Shown: piece by piece, positions 1 to 59,892 of the stretch
How the letters are laid out: every line of letters starts with the position of its first letter
Numbering within the stretch: the first letter of the stretch is position 1
From: Octopus sinensis
Lineage: Eukaryota
Direction: 5' to 3'
Length of the DNA: 64,000 nucleotides
Assembly: GCF_006345805.1 (NCBI RefSeq)
Contig: NW_021833282.1
Coordinates: 12,820-76,819 of the forward strand
Notes under the pieces: model-generated
The model's database searches: none
Told to the model about the DNA's origin: nothing
The model's input: the letters and a program-made list of their open reading frames with translations, nothing else
Translations under genes and position numbers: made by a program

Positions 1-635
1 CTGTTTTTGTTTGTCCCCTCTATGTTTAGCCCCTTGTGGGTAATAAAGAAATAGGTATTAACTGTATGCGTGTGTTTGTGTGAGTAGTGTATGTATGTGT
101 GTTTGTGTGTGGTGTGGTAGGATCTGTGTGCGTGTGGAACGATTTGTGTGATTCTGTGTGTTAATGTCGCTCTTGGAGGTCAGCAGCTATAATTACAGGT
201 GTTTTGAATGGGTAGGTGTGGGTGTGGGTGTGGGTTTGTGTTTGTATGTATGGGTGTGGCTGTGTGTGTGTGTGTGCGTGTGTGTGTTTGCATATGTGCG
301 TAGATCAATAGTGTGTCAGAGGCAGTTTGAAGGGTATGTGAATGGGTGTGTGTGTGTGTATTTGTTGGCATATATGCATAGACGGAGTAGGAGTGTATAT
401 ATATATATATATATATATATGTGTGAGTGTGTGCACATGTGTATGGTTGCGTGTCTGTCACTGCCTCACTCTCGCTGTATATATGTGTGTGTGTGTGCGT
501 GCACGCGCGCGTATGTGGTGTGGTATAGGAATATAAAAATTAAAACAATACAAATAAATAATAAAAAATACCAATTCGTAATAAGAAAAACATTAATGAA
601 AAGGATTATGTGAATAAATCAGTAACACACACGCA

Positions 636-775
<140 letters not shown>

Positions 776-804
776 GAATGGAGCTGAACGACAAATTAAC
801 AAAA

Positions 805-903
805 TTCCTTTATTTTCGACATATGTTTCGAAGGCTGCATATTCCTAATTGCGAAGGAATAAGGAGTACATTATGCCGCTTTCTCATCAGGAAAAGCAAG
901 GAA
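805..903 (-). ncRNA. Type I hammerhead ribozyme (inverted copy)
   Basis: Reverse complement of 2658-2756. Confidence 0.83.
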
Positions 904-985
904 CTTATGTCAGCATCAAAATGCACAAAAAACTTTTAGATGATTGCTCACATGGAGCCCATGGCGGTAATGAGTGTCTCTTTAA

Positions 986-2054
986 TCGAAAACCAACACC
1001 AATTCTACAACACAGAAATACTCCCTTTAATGTAAATGTTAACACTCTGAGCCATTCTAAGTCCAAAAAAAACTATATCTGGTTTGTCATTCCTTTCGGG
1101 AAACAAATCAGGTCTAATCTCCCTTTACAGTTCCGTGAAGCCGTAGCTAGAAACTTTCCCAGGAATTCTAGGTATTACTCTACTATCAATTCGCATAACG
1201 TGAGGATTGCATTCGCCAACACTAGAAATTTATCGCAGATAATTGCCTCCCATAATAATAAGCTGCTAAATAAGGACTCATCACCCAGGGGTAGCGACAC
1301 TGCCCTTACCAATTCCAACCTAACATACAATAATAATAATAATAATATAAATAGTATTGATATTAGCAACATTCATAGCAGCATTGGCGTTAACAATAGT
1401 AATAATGATAATAACATTAGCCGGATTATTAACAGTGGTGGTGTTAGTGGTAATAGTAACAGCATTTCTAATAACAGTTGTATTATTGATGATAACAATC
1501 ACAGCATTCCTATAGTCAGAGAAATTGCCGACGATATTACAAGTAATAGTAATGATAATAAGATGAATAGTATCGTGGCCAATACTAGCAGAAATATTTA
1601 CACCTATCATAACAATAAAAACGCTGTCTTAGTATCGGAAGTTAACCCCAACAGATTAAAGTTCTTATCCAAAAATTCCAAAATTAGAAACACCATTTAC
1701 CAGTGCAAAATTTCTTCTGGAACCGATGTCTTCTTCTACGTTGGAGCAACCTCTTCTAAATTAACCCAAAGGATCTCCAATCATTATTCAACTTTCCGAG
1801 ATAAGAGAAAACAACACAGCACGGGACTAAGTAAATTAGTTTGGCGTCTGAAGGACAGCAATACAACTTTCAAGCTGGAATGGTCCATATTGTCGGTGTC
1901 CTTTCCGTTTGATAAGGGCAGAAAAGTTTGTGGCATCTGTAATTCCGAACTTTTTCATATTTTGTTCGCCAAAGTCCCTTTAATAAATACAATCGTTGAG
2001 AGGTCATACAGGTGCATGCACTGGCAAAAACACACCTTTCACTCATATGAATAA
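986..2054 (+). CDS. PLE ORF C-terminus: post-RT region + Asn-rich linker + GIY-YIG endonuclease (RT core absent)
   Basis: IWFVIPF..NFP..NVRIAF..IIASHNNKLL; IYQCKI..YVGAT..RISNH..LSKLVWRLK..WSIL..CGICNSE..RCMH. The ORF-track start at 849 lies in the inverted pLTR and is incidental. Confidence 0.85.
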
Positions 2055-2202
2055 TGATTAATATAGATAACCCCTTGAATTTTAATTTATATAACTTCTT
2101 TTCTTATATATGTCACCCCCATAGTCATAAATTTTTTTTTATACTTTCAAAGAACTACTACCCAATCCAGTGAGGTTGTTGCCTTAGTCCCTTTACTTCG
2201 CC

Positions 2203-2235
<33 letters not shown>

Positions 2236-2657
2236 ATCTCTCTATTTCCCTCCTTCTATAGTATGCACAATCAAACACACAGACACAAATCTCTCACCTC
2301 ACCACTGTCTGTTTTCTGACATCTACCCATCCACATACACAATCACGCATACACATACATACACACACACATTAATGCAGTTATATACAGTCACACACAC
2401 ATGCACTCATTCACAAAAGATATTAACAAAATCCACCATTCATATGACCTGCACCCTTTCACCTTCCTATTCTTTTGCCTCTCTCCGCCTACTTCGTTTG
2501 AGCCCTTGAACCTTTAGAACCTTCTAGATTCTTCTACTTTCATCCACTTTGACGTCACTCCTTATAAGGAATATTTTAAAGAGACACTCATTACCGCCAT
2601 GGGCTCTGTGTGAGCAATCATCTAAAGGTTTTTTGTGCATTTTGATGCTGACATAAG

Positions 2658-2756
2658 TTCCTTGCTTTTCCTGATGAGAAAGCGGCATAATGTACTCCTT
2701 ATTCCTTCGCAATTAGGAATATGCAGCCTTCGAAACATATGTCGAAAATAAAGGAA
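2658..2756 (+). ncRNA. Type I hammerhead ribozyme in PLE pLTR
   Basis: Stem I ttcctt..ttttc/gaaaa..aaggaa; CUGAUGA; long stem II gaaagcggcata/tatgcagccttc; GAAAC-AUAU-GUC, predicted cut after 2743. Confidence 0.85.
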
Positions 2757-2933
2757 TTTTGTTAATTCTTCGTTCAGCTCCATTCTTTCATATATTTATA
2801 TTTTTAAAATAAACATACAAATTTCCACACGAAAGCACGTAATCTATGCCCTAGACACGTAACTTCAACCGTGTTTTTCTGATGTGAATTTGCTACCCAG
2901 GTATCGGTTAATTCGAATTATCCTTCAACTACT

Positions 2934-2970
<37 letters not shown>

Positions 2971-2972
<2 letters not shown>

Positions 2973-3312
2973 GGCGCATGGCTCAGTGGTTAGAGCGTCG
3001 AGCTTACGATCGTGAGGTTGTGAGCTCGAATCCCGGACCGGGCTGCGTGTTGTGTTCTCGTGCAAGGCACTTTATTTCACGTCGCTCCAGTTCACTCAGC
3101 TGTAGAAATGAGTTGCGACGTCACTGGTGCCAAGCTGTATCGACCTTTGTCTTTCCCTTGGATAACACTGGTGGCGTGGAGAGGGGAGGCTGGTATGCAT
3201 GGGCGACTGCTGGCCTTCCATAAAAACAACCTTGCCCAGACTTGTGTCTAGGAGGGTAACTTTCTAGGTGCAATCCCATGGTCATTCATGACCGAAGGGG
3301 GTCTTTACCCTT
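2971..3312 (+). mobile_element. tRNA-derived SINE in (TA)n
   Basis: A-box tggctcagtgg, B-box-like gctcgaatccc, then a body related to 48160-48420; (TA)n on both sides. Confidence 0.8.
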
Positions 3313-3368
3313 TATATATATATATATATATATATTTATATGAAAATAAATAAATAAATATATATATA

Positions 3369-3880
3369 CTAGCAGTATCGCCCGGCGTTGCTCGGTTTGT
3401 AAGGGAAATAACTATATAAGCATTTTTAGAGAGTTACTTCCCTTATAGATGCCAATTCGGGCTTTCTTAGCCATTTCTGTTTTGGTGTCTTCAAGCCATG
3501 AAGTCGTTGTTCTAAAAGAACGCTGGTCTCCTTGACAACGCTTTACGACGTTGATTTCCTTACACTCCCTTCCCCACAGCTTTACGAGGGAGGGAAGAAG
3601 GGGGAGAAGCAAACAGGTGCAGGTGTGACCATGGACACCAACTCCGCCGCCATCGACACACGAAAAATTATGCATTAAAATGGAATAAAAAATGATGTTA
3701 AATTATTTTAAAAATCGTAGACTCATCGTAGACGCGCGCTAATACTCAGACGGGCTCGATATGAATCACGACTATAAGATACCCGAATTTGGTTAAACTG
3801 CACCTCAAAATGTGGGAGTAGTTAGGAATCTAAATCGAAGGGGACAGACACTCACACAACTACAGTTTTATATATATAGA
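3369..3880 (-). mobile_element. Non-autonomous Helitron-type element
   Basis: Minus strand starts TC and ends with hairpin ccgagcaacgccggg + CTAG, between A and T; homologous to 19712-20103. Confidence 0.75.
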
Positions 3881-4031
3881 TATATATCCGTAAATATAAG
3901 AGAGCCAACTTTGAATATGTTAACTCTAGTGCTAGAAATAGCTCCACCGGTATAGTCGCCAACGATAATTCCACATAGAAATAGCACTACCCTCAACGTA
4001 ATGAAATCGAAATACAACTAAAAAGTGGATT

Positions 4032-4110
4032 AATGTTGTACAATTGTTTCTTCATCAACAAAATATGCAAATTATACTCACATAATTGTCTATGAATCAT
4101 CAGCAACATT
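4032..4110 (-). ncRNA. Type I hammerhead ribozyme (mirror copy)
   Basis: Reverse complement of 4119-4197. Confidence 0.85.
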
Positions 4111-4118
4111 TGTCGACA

Positions 4119-4197
4119 AATGTTGCTGATGATTCATAGACAATTATGTGAGTATAATTTGCATATTTTGTTGATGAAGAAACAATTGTACAACATT
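4119..4197 (+). ncRNA. Type I hammerhead ribozyme
   Basis: Stem I aatgttg/caacatt; CUGAUGA; stem II ttcat/atgaa; GAAAC-AAUU-GUA, predicted cut after 4190. Confidence 0.87.
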
Positions 4198-4446
4198 AAT
4201 CCACTTTTTAGTTGTATTTCGATTTCATTACGTTGAGGGTAGTGCTATTTCTATGTGGAATTATCGTTGGCGACTATACCGGTGGAGCTATTTCTAGCAC
4301 TAGAGTTAACATATTCAAAGTTGGCTCTCTTATATTTACGGATAAATATGTATTTGTCTCCCTGGTTTATTGTGCTAGGTCGCTTGGTGTTAAAATAAGG
4401 GTATTATTGAATTAATATCTAAAATTTTTTTCACCCTCATTATTGA

Positions 4447-4510
<64 letters not shown>

Positions 4511-5460
4511 AAGGAAGGAAAATACAGTTTACATTGTTTTAATATATTTTATTAGTGAAAGAGTATTGTGTTTGTTAACCGGTTTCGCTCTCGTAATTGT
4601 AATTTCGTACTTTCTTAAGAAGATTTTATTCTATGTCGTGGGTGGAGAAGCTTGTGAGTGAATGAAAAAACAAGTAAAAAAATCTATGGGAAGGTAATTT
4701 GTGAGGTTATTGGAAACAGGGGAGGCAATTGCTCATTTTTCGGGGAGGGGATGGATAAATATATAAACAAAAACTCAAAAGCTAAAGTAGTGAGATGAAA
4801 TATGTACAGTGATGGGTATGTGTTTAAGAAATAAAATATATACTGAGACTAAGGTTGGTTACGCGTTCATATTTAGGCTTGTTCTGTATTTGTCAATAAA
4901 TATATTTTCTTTATTTAAACGTTCATGTAAATAAATTGTTTCTTTGCTCTGGTAGATGGGGAAACTGTGAAGTTTGGTTGGATAATACCTGCACATCTCT
5001 CTGTGTTCACTCAAGGGAATCTATCTACACGGCGGGGACCGAGTCTGTTCCTTATGTAGTGTGGTTCTCCGTCTCAGTGTCATACTTAACTGTCCCATAT
5101 AGTTATGTCCACAACCTGAACAGGCTATAACATAAATTAGATTCTCGGAAACACTAGTGAAGTTAGTTTTTTATAGTAAACTTCTCTCCTTGTTTGAAAA
5201 ATAATTCTGAGCTTTCCAGTAGGTTTAGGCATGTTCTACAGTTTAGTAGTTCACATTTTTAACTGTTGGTTTCATGGTTGTTGTGTAAAGCTTCGCACTT
5301 GTTAGAAGTCTTTTCAGCGATTTGTGTCGCTATTTTGTATTTGATGAATTTATGTGTTTTCAGAATGTTGTTCATTTTTGGATCCCCAGTGAGCGTTGGT
5401 ACATTTTGTATAATAGTTTCCTTGGTTATGAGTTGATATACACGGCACTGTGACAATCAA
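4511..5460 (-). mobile_element. Decayed PLE fragment (GIY-YIG endonuclease, different lineage from 986-2054)
   Basis: Minus translation CRTC..FTIKTNFTSVSENLIYVIACSGCGHNYMGQ..LRRR..HK..KEKIFIDKY with stops. Confidence 0.7.
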
Positions 5461-5841
5461 TGAGAATTAAAGCCACTTGCCGATAAATTCCAATTATAGT
5501 ATACAACTTGTGGAGGTCAGTAACTTTCCGTACTTGGACCCTAAATTGCTGAGAATAATGAATACGTCCTGATATGCAAAGGAGACAATCTTGGAGACCA
5601 TGTAACGACGTTTTTCAAACTCTTGTTACACTAGAAATTACATTTTTGAAATTTGAATAAAGTTTACTTCTTTTCAGACATTTAATGACTGAGTGCAAAG
5701 AAGAGAAAAAAAAAAACGAATTTATCTGAAAACAGTTTTAGAGTAATCAATATCGTGGAATCACGATCGTATTTGTCTTATCTTAAAAGAATGCTTCCTC
5801 GATGGAAGGTTTTTTAACAATTTTTCTTTTTCCCTTCACAG

Positions 5842-52472
<46,631 letters not shown>

Positions 52473-52959
52473 ATTAAAGAAAACAAAAAGTAGATAGAAA
52501 ACAAATAAAAGAAAAAAAATCTTGGAAAAAATTGCATAAAGTTTTTAAATAAATAAAATAAGACTATTCTAAAACGAGGTAGCAGCGCCCATGTCGGAGC
52601 ACTGTCTCCAAAAGTTTCAGTCGATCACATCAACCTTATTACTCGTTCCAGTCAAGTATTTATTTCAGAGATCTTTATTGGTTGGAAGACTAAATAAGGT
52701 ATTTTAAAACGACACCTTTTAGTACACCGGGAGCTTATGACTGCGAATCCAAATTTGTAAGCACATTCTCACATGCTTCCCTCAATTTACATGCAAACAC
52801 ATAAATTATACATATTATGCTATTCTTTTATACGTTTTAGCGATGCTGTTGCGATCATTCTAGAGCACCATCGTAAATTTGTACCCTTTCCACAGACCTC
52901 CTCTGTGGCTGGTTTCTACTGGGGTGGGTGGGATTTCATATTAACTTTTGTATGTGCTT

Positions 52960-53150
52960 TTTACCTGGTGATTAGAGCATTAGGTGTATAATGGAGTTTG
53001 ATACCACTGCCCTCGTCTATACTTCCTGCCGGGACCGTCGACTCGTCTGGGAACGGGGATAGGAGAATGTCCAATTCCGTTTTCAAGTCATCCACATCCA
53101 CATTGTATAGGTTTCTTGTATAGCCTGTCATGTTTAGAGAAAATGACAGT
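52960..53150 (-). mobile_element. 3' fragment of a LINE related to 9907-12945
   Basis: RNLYNVDVDDLKTELDILLSPFPDE resembles RDLHDADVDIFKKHLDKLLSGIPDE. Confidence 0.65.
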
Positions 53151-53699
53151 GTCACAAGCAGCCTTTGACTTTCTCTATTCAAGGGTTTTTAAACCAATAT
53201 TTACAAGCTATTATTTATAGCTCAATCTACTTCGAGTTCCACCATGTTCCTGCTTATATTCTTTTGTGAAAAACAAGTTGACACACACAATTTCTAAGGG
53301 TTTATATACCGGAATTGTACCATTGTCAAAGCAGAAGTTACAAATCCAATAATAACAAATGTAGCAAAAAAACTGTCACACCTTGGGCCTACTTAACAAA
53401 AGAGAAACACCTTCAACCTTGTTTACAAAGTTCTACATGCATTGATAAATTCTAAACAATAACACAACTCCAAATTTAATCAAAATTTCTCCAAAAGACC
53501 TCTCCTGAACAACGAGTCCTGAATTACCACTCCTCTCAAATGCACACAGATATGTGATTGCATGTATGTATTTATATGTGTGTATAAATATAAGTGTATA
53601 TGAATATTTATATACGTGTGTATATACATATATGTATAGGAATGTAAGTATATATATGTATATTTGTGCATGGATGTGTGTATGTATATATATATATAA

Positions 53700-54160
53700 T
53701 AAAATAATAAATAAAACATATGCATATATACATACATATATGTACGTACCTACATCTATATGTATATATACATGCATATAAGGGTACAGGACACCAAAAA
53801 AACGTCGAACACAATGAGAAACGAAAACATAAAAACAAAACCAAGGAAATGGACATTTTTCTTAAACAACGAAAAATAGAGTACAAGACATACAACACAA
53901 GGAAAATTCCCATTCTTCAGCTGCCTCTGTTTCATCTACTCCGCATTTCGAAGGTAAAGGCGAGACACGACTTCATTGAAACAATCCTTCCCGCAAAGAA
54001 AATTAAATAAAATTTGAGATTTTTTGCGGAGGGGTAAAAATGGTAACACAAACAGAACAGTAAAAACAATATAAATAAAAACAGTAAAAGACAGGACAAG
54101 GAGAATAACAGTAACACAAATATTAAGGGCTGTTAAGCCTTATCGATGAAAAAATATTTT
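53700..54160 (-). mobile_element. Copy of the interspersed family carrying a type II-like hammerhead motif
   Basis: Homologous to 57376-58745 and 32830-33005. Confidence 0.75.
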
Positions 54161-54606
54161 GAACGCTTTGAGATAGGTGACGTCGCATATGCGGCCTTCT
54201 GAAACCACTTACAACACAACAGTCTGTGTCCGGTATCCCAGAAGACCGCCTCGGCGAACCTCAGCAAACCAACCTGCTTAGAGCGGAAGAAGCAGAAGTC
54301 GAAGAACTCAGAAGAGTTGAAACTAACAAACAGAACCGTTGAGTGTAACCAAAATGCAAGAACTTTAATTCAGAGTCCATAACAATTATGGAATAAATAA
54401 ACAGTTCTTTAGAGAGTTCTTTCATTTACCTCTGAAATGTGTAGACTTCTTTTGGCGAGTTCTTTTATTCACCTTTCGAAGGTTCTGGCAAAAACGACTG
54501 ATGGTTCCAATAGCAGAGAATAACTGAGAACATCAGAAGGTTCCATCACGTTTTCATCAAAGAACTGTAAGAGCGCACTCATCAGCCCGCAGCACCCCCA
54601 CCACTC

Positions 54607-54640
<34 letters not shown>

Positions 54641-54650
54641 CACACACACA

Positions 54651-54684
<34 letters not shown>

Positions 54685-55095
54685 TGCACGTACACCTCAT
54701 GGCTATTTCTCGCATGCGCTGCTACGGACATATCCTCCGTCTCCCGCTAGATCATCCTACCAGGGTTTACTCTCATTTGACGCACCAGCTGATTGCTGGA
54801 AGGGGCCTCGTGGCAGGCCCCACACAAGATGGCTGGACGTGGTTCAGGAAGATTTCTAGAGGCTCGACGCCACCTTGGCGGGTGCGAAGGGTCTGGCACG
54901 GGACCGCCAGCGATGGAAAGGATTGGTGGACCTGGTCGGCTCTACGCACGATGATGCTTCTGTGATCACTGACTTGGAATGACTTCAGCCTCATCAAGAG
55001 CTTGAAGCCAAGCCAGACATATACACAGATACACACTCATACACACACATATACATACATACATACATACATACATACATACATACATACATACA

Positions 55096-55129
<34 letters not shown>

Positions 55130-55639
55130 CACATATATAAACACACATTTACTTTATATATATATATTGGTACAAACTTAAAAAGTTATACCCAGATAAT
55201 TTTTCATTCGTACTATGCTAATTAGAACACCGCACTCTGGTTTTGCAAGCGAAGACGAAAAAAAATTCTTTGTGGTCACGTGACAGTTTAAAGCATAGGC
55301 GGTATGATTTTGGTGCACTTTTAAGGTGTGGACGAAGTATAAAGAATATTTGCCCACGTTGCCAGTTCTCATTGGAAGCCAATGTGAACATGTGGTTCGA
55401 AGTTCGTGCTGGAAGACGATGTGCAACGGACTACGTGATGAAAGTTGTCGTGAATGGTTTTATGTAGTCGATGTGAGACACTCGATGTAAGCGTTGGTGC
55501 CGAACAAAATTCGTACGGAACAGTTGACACAGTATTTGGTAGAGAGAGTGAAGTTGGTACCGTGAATTCGGAACTAACAATAGAGTCCAGTTGGGAAAAA
55601 AAAAGAGATAAAAAAAAGATAGAAAAGAGAGTGAAGAGG

Positions 55640-56190
55640 ACCGATGCGTTGTAGACGCGGAGCTTCGTTTGCGGGGGATAGAAACGTAATGCCAAAAGGG
55701 CTTCCATTGATAGTACATGACCCTAACGGTCTGATCACATCTGTGGTTGATCGCCAGGGTCAGGATTCCGTTGCTAGTGACTGTGGAGCCAAGCTAGATG
55801 AAGGAACTAACGATTTCCACGACGCCGAGAGAGGAGTGGGTCTGGGCCATCTCCGACATACATCAGCTTGGTTTTTGCCCAATTCTCGTGAATGTCAAGG
55901 TTTGTTGATTCTTGTCTGTAAATGGTTGGTACTTCCCTTAGCTGGTCGACCGAGTTACTGAACAGTGTGGCATTATCTGCAATAACGTGACTAAGGGCAA
56001 AAATACGGTCGGTGGTAGATAAATTCGGCATGAATCCGGCTTGTTGTGGGCGGCGCCTGCTTCTAATGGCAGGAAAAGCACGTTTGACGAACTTGCTTGT
56101 GATGGAGAGGAGGATGACACCCTTGTGGTTGTGCATTCGAGTTTCTCGCCCTTCCGTTTCCAGAAGGGGATGATGATACCTCGGATCCTG
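55640..56190 (-). mobile_element. RTE-like LINE fragment (a 3' piece also at ~54690-55010, + strand)
   Basis: [31 protein letters not shown]; NWAKTKLM. Confidence 0.65.
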
Positions 56191-56301
56191 TCATCTCTGT
56201 ATATGTGTATATTACATATCTATGTATATCTATATCCACTATCTATGATGTATATATATATATACATATATATATACACACATATATATACACATATATA
56301 T

Positions 56302-56394
<93 letters not shown>

Positions 56395-56398
56395 TATA

Positions 56399-56452
<54 letters not shown>

Positions 56453-56454
<2 letters not shown>

Positions 56455-56512
56455 GAGGGGTGTATGAAAAGCTTTGTTTTTTGAGGCTCAAGACTTTTCA
56501 TACACCCCTCGT
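56453..56512. mobile_element. 60-bp miniature mariner-like inverted-repeat element
   Basis: 19-bp arms acgaggggtgtatgaaaag/cttttcatacacccctcgt; terminus resembles the mariner TIR at 28507. Confidence 0.7.
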
Positions 56513-57000
56513 GTATGTGTGTGTTTGTGTGCATGGATGTGTGTGTATATGTATGACTTTCTCTTTTCGCTTCTGTAATATTTTATTTGTTCTTCGTACC
56601 TCTACCTCAACTATCTATACTTCCCCTGATTATTAACTAAATGCAAACTCTCCATCCAGATGTAAAAATGGCATAATTTAATTTCTCTGTCTGAAGGAAT
56701 TCTCATAGGAAATCCTTACATTTCTACCTAACAATACAAAATTCTGTAATTCCTATTAGTAATGAAACACGTGTAACGGTGAATAAATGATACCAATAAA
56801 TTTTCCAACTTCCTGTTTTGTTATACAATAGCTCTGCAAATAATATTTCCTTATTTTTGAACTTTATGTAGTTTGCACATATACTGCAACACATACAACC
56901 AAATATTGAATTTTAGCAAGGGAATAATAAGATGTGTTTAAAGAGGGAACGGCTGAGGTTTTACCCTACTACCTTAGCCAGCTACCTACCTACCTACCTA

Positions 57001-57042
<42 letters not shown>

Positions 57043-57258
57043 AGATCTGGGCTTCTGTGAGAAAAAATCCACAACCTTCCGTCTCAATAACCCACAATTC
57101 TCCCTGAATTTGTTTTTTTTTATATATTTACTACGGAGTGCTTGAAGCTAACCTTCCTACCCCTTGATCCTTGCACATTATACATACATACATACACATA
57201 CATATATTATATGTATGTATATATATATGTATATATATATATATGTATATATATGTAT

Positions 57259-57374
<116 letters not shown>

Positions 57375-57375
57375 C

Positions 57376-58004
57376 TTACTTGGAAGAGGACGCGTGGCGT
57401 TCAATCATATAACATTTTAATAAATAAAACATATGCATACATACATATATGTACATACCTACATCTATATGTATATATACATGCATATATGGATACAGGA
57501 CACCACAAAAAAACGTAGACACAACGAGAAACGAAAACATAAAAACAAAACATGGAAACGGACTTTGTTTAACAACGAAAAAACAGAGTACAAAACATAC
57601 AACACAAGGAACATTCTCCTTCTTCAGCTGCCCCTCTTTCGACTTATTGCGTATTTCGAAGGTAAGGGCATGACACGACTTCATTTGAAACAGTCCTTCC
57701 CGCGAAGCAAATTAAATAAAATTTGGGATCTTTTGCGGAGGGGTAAAAAAGGTGACTAGAACATGACAGTAAAAGCAATACAAATAAAGCGAAAAACAGT
57801 AGAAATAAAGATAAAAGCAGTAAAAGACAGGACAAAGAGAAACAAACGTAAGGGCTTTTTAAGCCTAGACGGTGGAAAAATTAATTTGAATGCATTGAGA
57901 AAAACGGCTTACGAGGACAGGAGAAGCAGTTGTTGACTTGTTGAAGGCAGTAATCGGAAATAAAGTTAGTAGCCCCCTGGTCAGCGACGAGAGGGAGGAG
58001 GAGG

Positions 58005-58041
<37 letters not shown>

Positions 58042-58745
58042 AACGGGGAAAGGGAGAGGAGAAGAAAACAGAAAGGATGAAAAATAAGAGAGGGAGAGAG
58101 ACAAGTAGAGAGGAAAACAGACAAGCAGGGAGGAAAGGTCAAGTAAAGAGTTAAGAGTGCGCGTCATAATTATTGAAATAAAATTTACTTGGAAGAGGAC
58201 GCGTGGCGTTCAATCATATAATAACAATGTAATAAGTAAAACATATGCATACATATATACATCTATGTACATACCTACATTTATATGTGTATATACATGC
58301 ATTTATGGGTACAGGACACCACAAAAAAAACGTAGAACACAACGAGAAACGAAAACATAAAAACAGTCCTGTTCTTGTCACCTTTTTTACCCCTCCGCAA
58401 AAAAATCCCCAATTTTATTTAATTTGCTTTGCGAGAAGGATTGTTTCAATGAAGTCGTGTCCTGCCCTTACCTTCGAAACACGCAATAAGTCGAAAGAAG
58501 GGCAGCTGAAGAAGGGGAATGTTCCTTGTGTTGTATGTGTTGTACACTGTTTGATCGTTGTTAAAAAAAGTCCGTTTCCATGTTTTGTTTTTATGTTTTC
58601 GTTTCTCATTGTGTTCTACGTTCTTTTGTGGTGTCCTGTACCCATATATGCATGTATATATACATATAGATGTAGGTATATACATATATGTATGTATGCA
58701 TATGTTTTATTTATTAAATTGTTTTATTATATATATATATATAAC
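57376..58745. mobile_element. Non-coding element: ~810-bp unit + partial tandem copy + inverted copy, between (TA)n tracts
   Basis: ttacttggaagaggacgcgtggcgttcaatc at ~57376 and ~58186; ~58364-58720 is inverted. Confidence 0.8.
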
Positions 58746-59392
58746 TTATAAACAAGGGCTAAAGAAAATTATTTCTATGCCAATATGCTGATAACAGACT
58801 TTTAAATCGTCAATTTCCACATATTATTTACTCGCTACAGAAAACACGTAGAGCTGAAATCGAGGAAAGCTGGCCAACAGAATTTTTTTTAATGTTCGTT
58901 ATTTCTATATTGAATCAATTTCGGAAGTAATCTCATAATAGATTTTTTCCTCTTCAGTAGAAAATACGTAAAGGCATAAATGAAATACTTACAAGCGCCC
59001 ATAGAAAAAAGCCGAAGCAAACATCATGTGTACATATAAATACCCCAGATATATCTAAATATAAAATCCTTTGGTCAGCCTCATCACACGTGTGAACTGT
59101 TCCCCACTACAGCTTATAGTGGTTACCAGTCCCTATAGCGAATGGTAATAAGTTTACTACTAATATAGGATGAAGCTTTTTACAGAAAAAATTTCATCAG
59201 AAAATGTGGCGGGCATATTAAAATACCTTTAAGGTTAAAATTATAAACAACTTATAAACAAGCGCTACAGAAAATTATTTCTATGCCAATATGCTGATAA
59301 CAGACTTTTAATATTCAATTTCCACATATTATTTACTCGCTACAGAAAACACGTAGAGCTGAAATCGAGGAAAGCTGGCCAACAGAATTTTT
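58743..59392. repeat. Direct repeat of ~145 bp with 506-bp period
   Basis: aacttataaacaag..gctggccaacagaattttt at 58743 and 59249. Confidence 0.85.
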
Positions 59393-59456
59393 TGAAAAAG
59401 TTTTGGATCATAAAAGAAATTACTAAAATTTGGAAGTTAAGGCTCCCATTAGGGTG

Positions 59457-59526
<70 letters not shown>

Positions 59527-59892
59527 ATATATAGAGATAGATAGATACATAGATAGATAGATGGATAGATACATTGATAGATACATAGATATAGATATAT
59601 ATATACACACACACACACGCATACAAAGATAAATTTATAGATACAACTGAGTGGGCAAACAAAATATGAGACACAGCCTAGTGCTTTTTTTATGTTGATA
59701 AGCCTGGTATTTATTCTATTAGTTTGTTCTTGTGAAACCAGTAAGTTATGTGGATGTAAATAGATGAACAGCAGTTGTGAAGCAGGGATAAGGGCGAAAC
59801 ACAGAGACAAAGACACACAGATACACTTACATATATACATACATATATATACGATTGATTTCTTTAAGTTTCTGTCTACGAAATCCATATAT

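Larger units (their letters stand above)
3885..4344. repeat. Spacer-less 460-bp palindrome with two back-to-back hammerheads
   Basis: Centre tgtc|gaca at 4114/4115; 230-bp arms are reverse complements. Confidence 0.92.

Noticed and set aside
2524-2712. 62-aa ORF sharing an N-terminus with the 849 ORF, suggesting a gene duplicate
   Set aside because: Consequence of the inverted pLTR; it is the antisense of the hammerhead region
2971-3045. tRNA gene
   Set aside because: tRNA-like head runs into a SINE body; no complete acceptor stem or terminator
4570-4600. Minus-strand GAAACCGGUU hammerhead half near a PLE fragment
   Set aside because: No CUGANGA found upstream
54560-54595. Minus-strand CUGAUGAG
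   Set aside because: No stem II or GAAA partner
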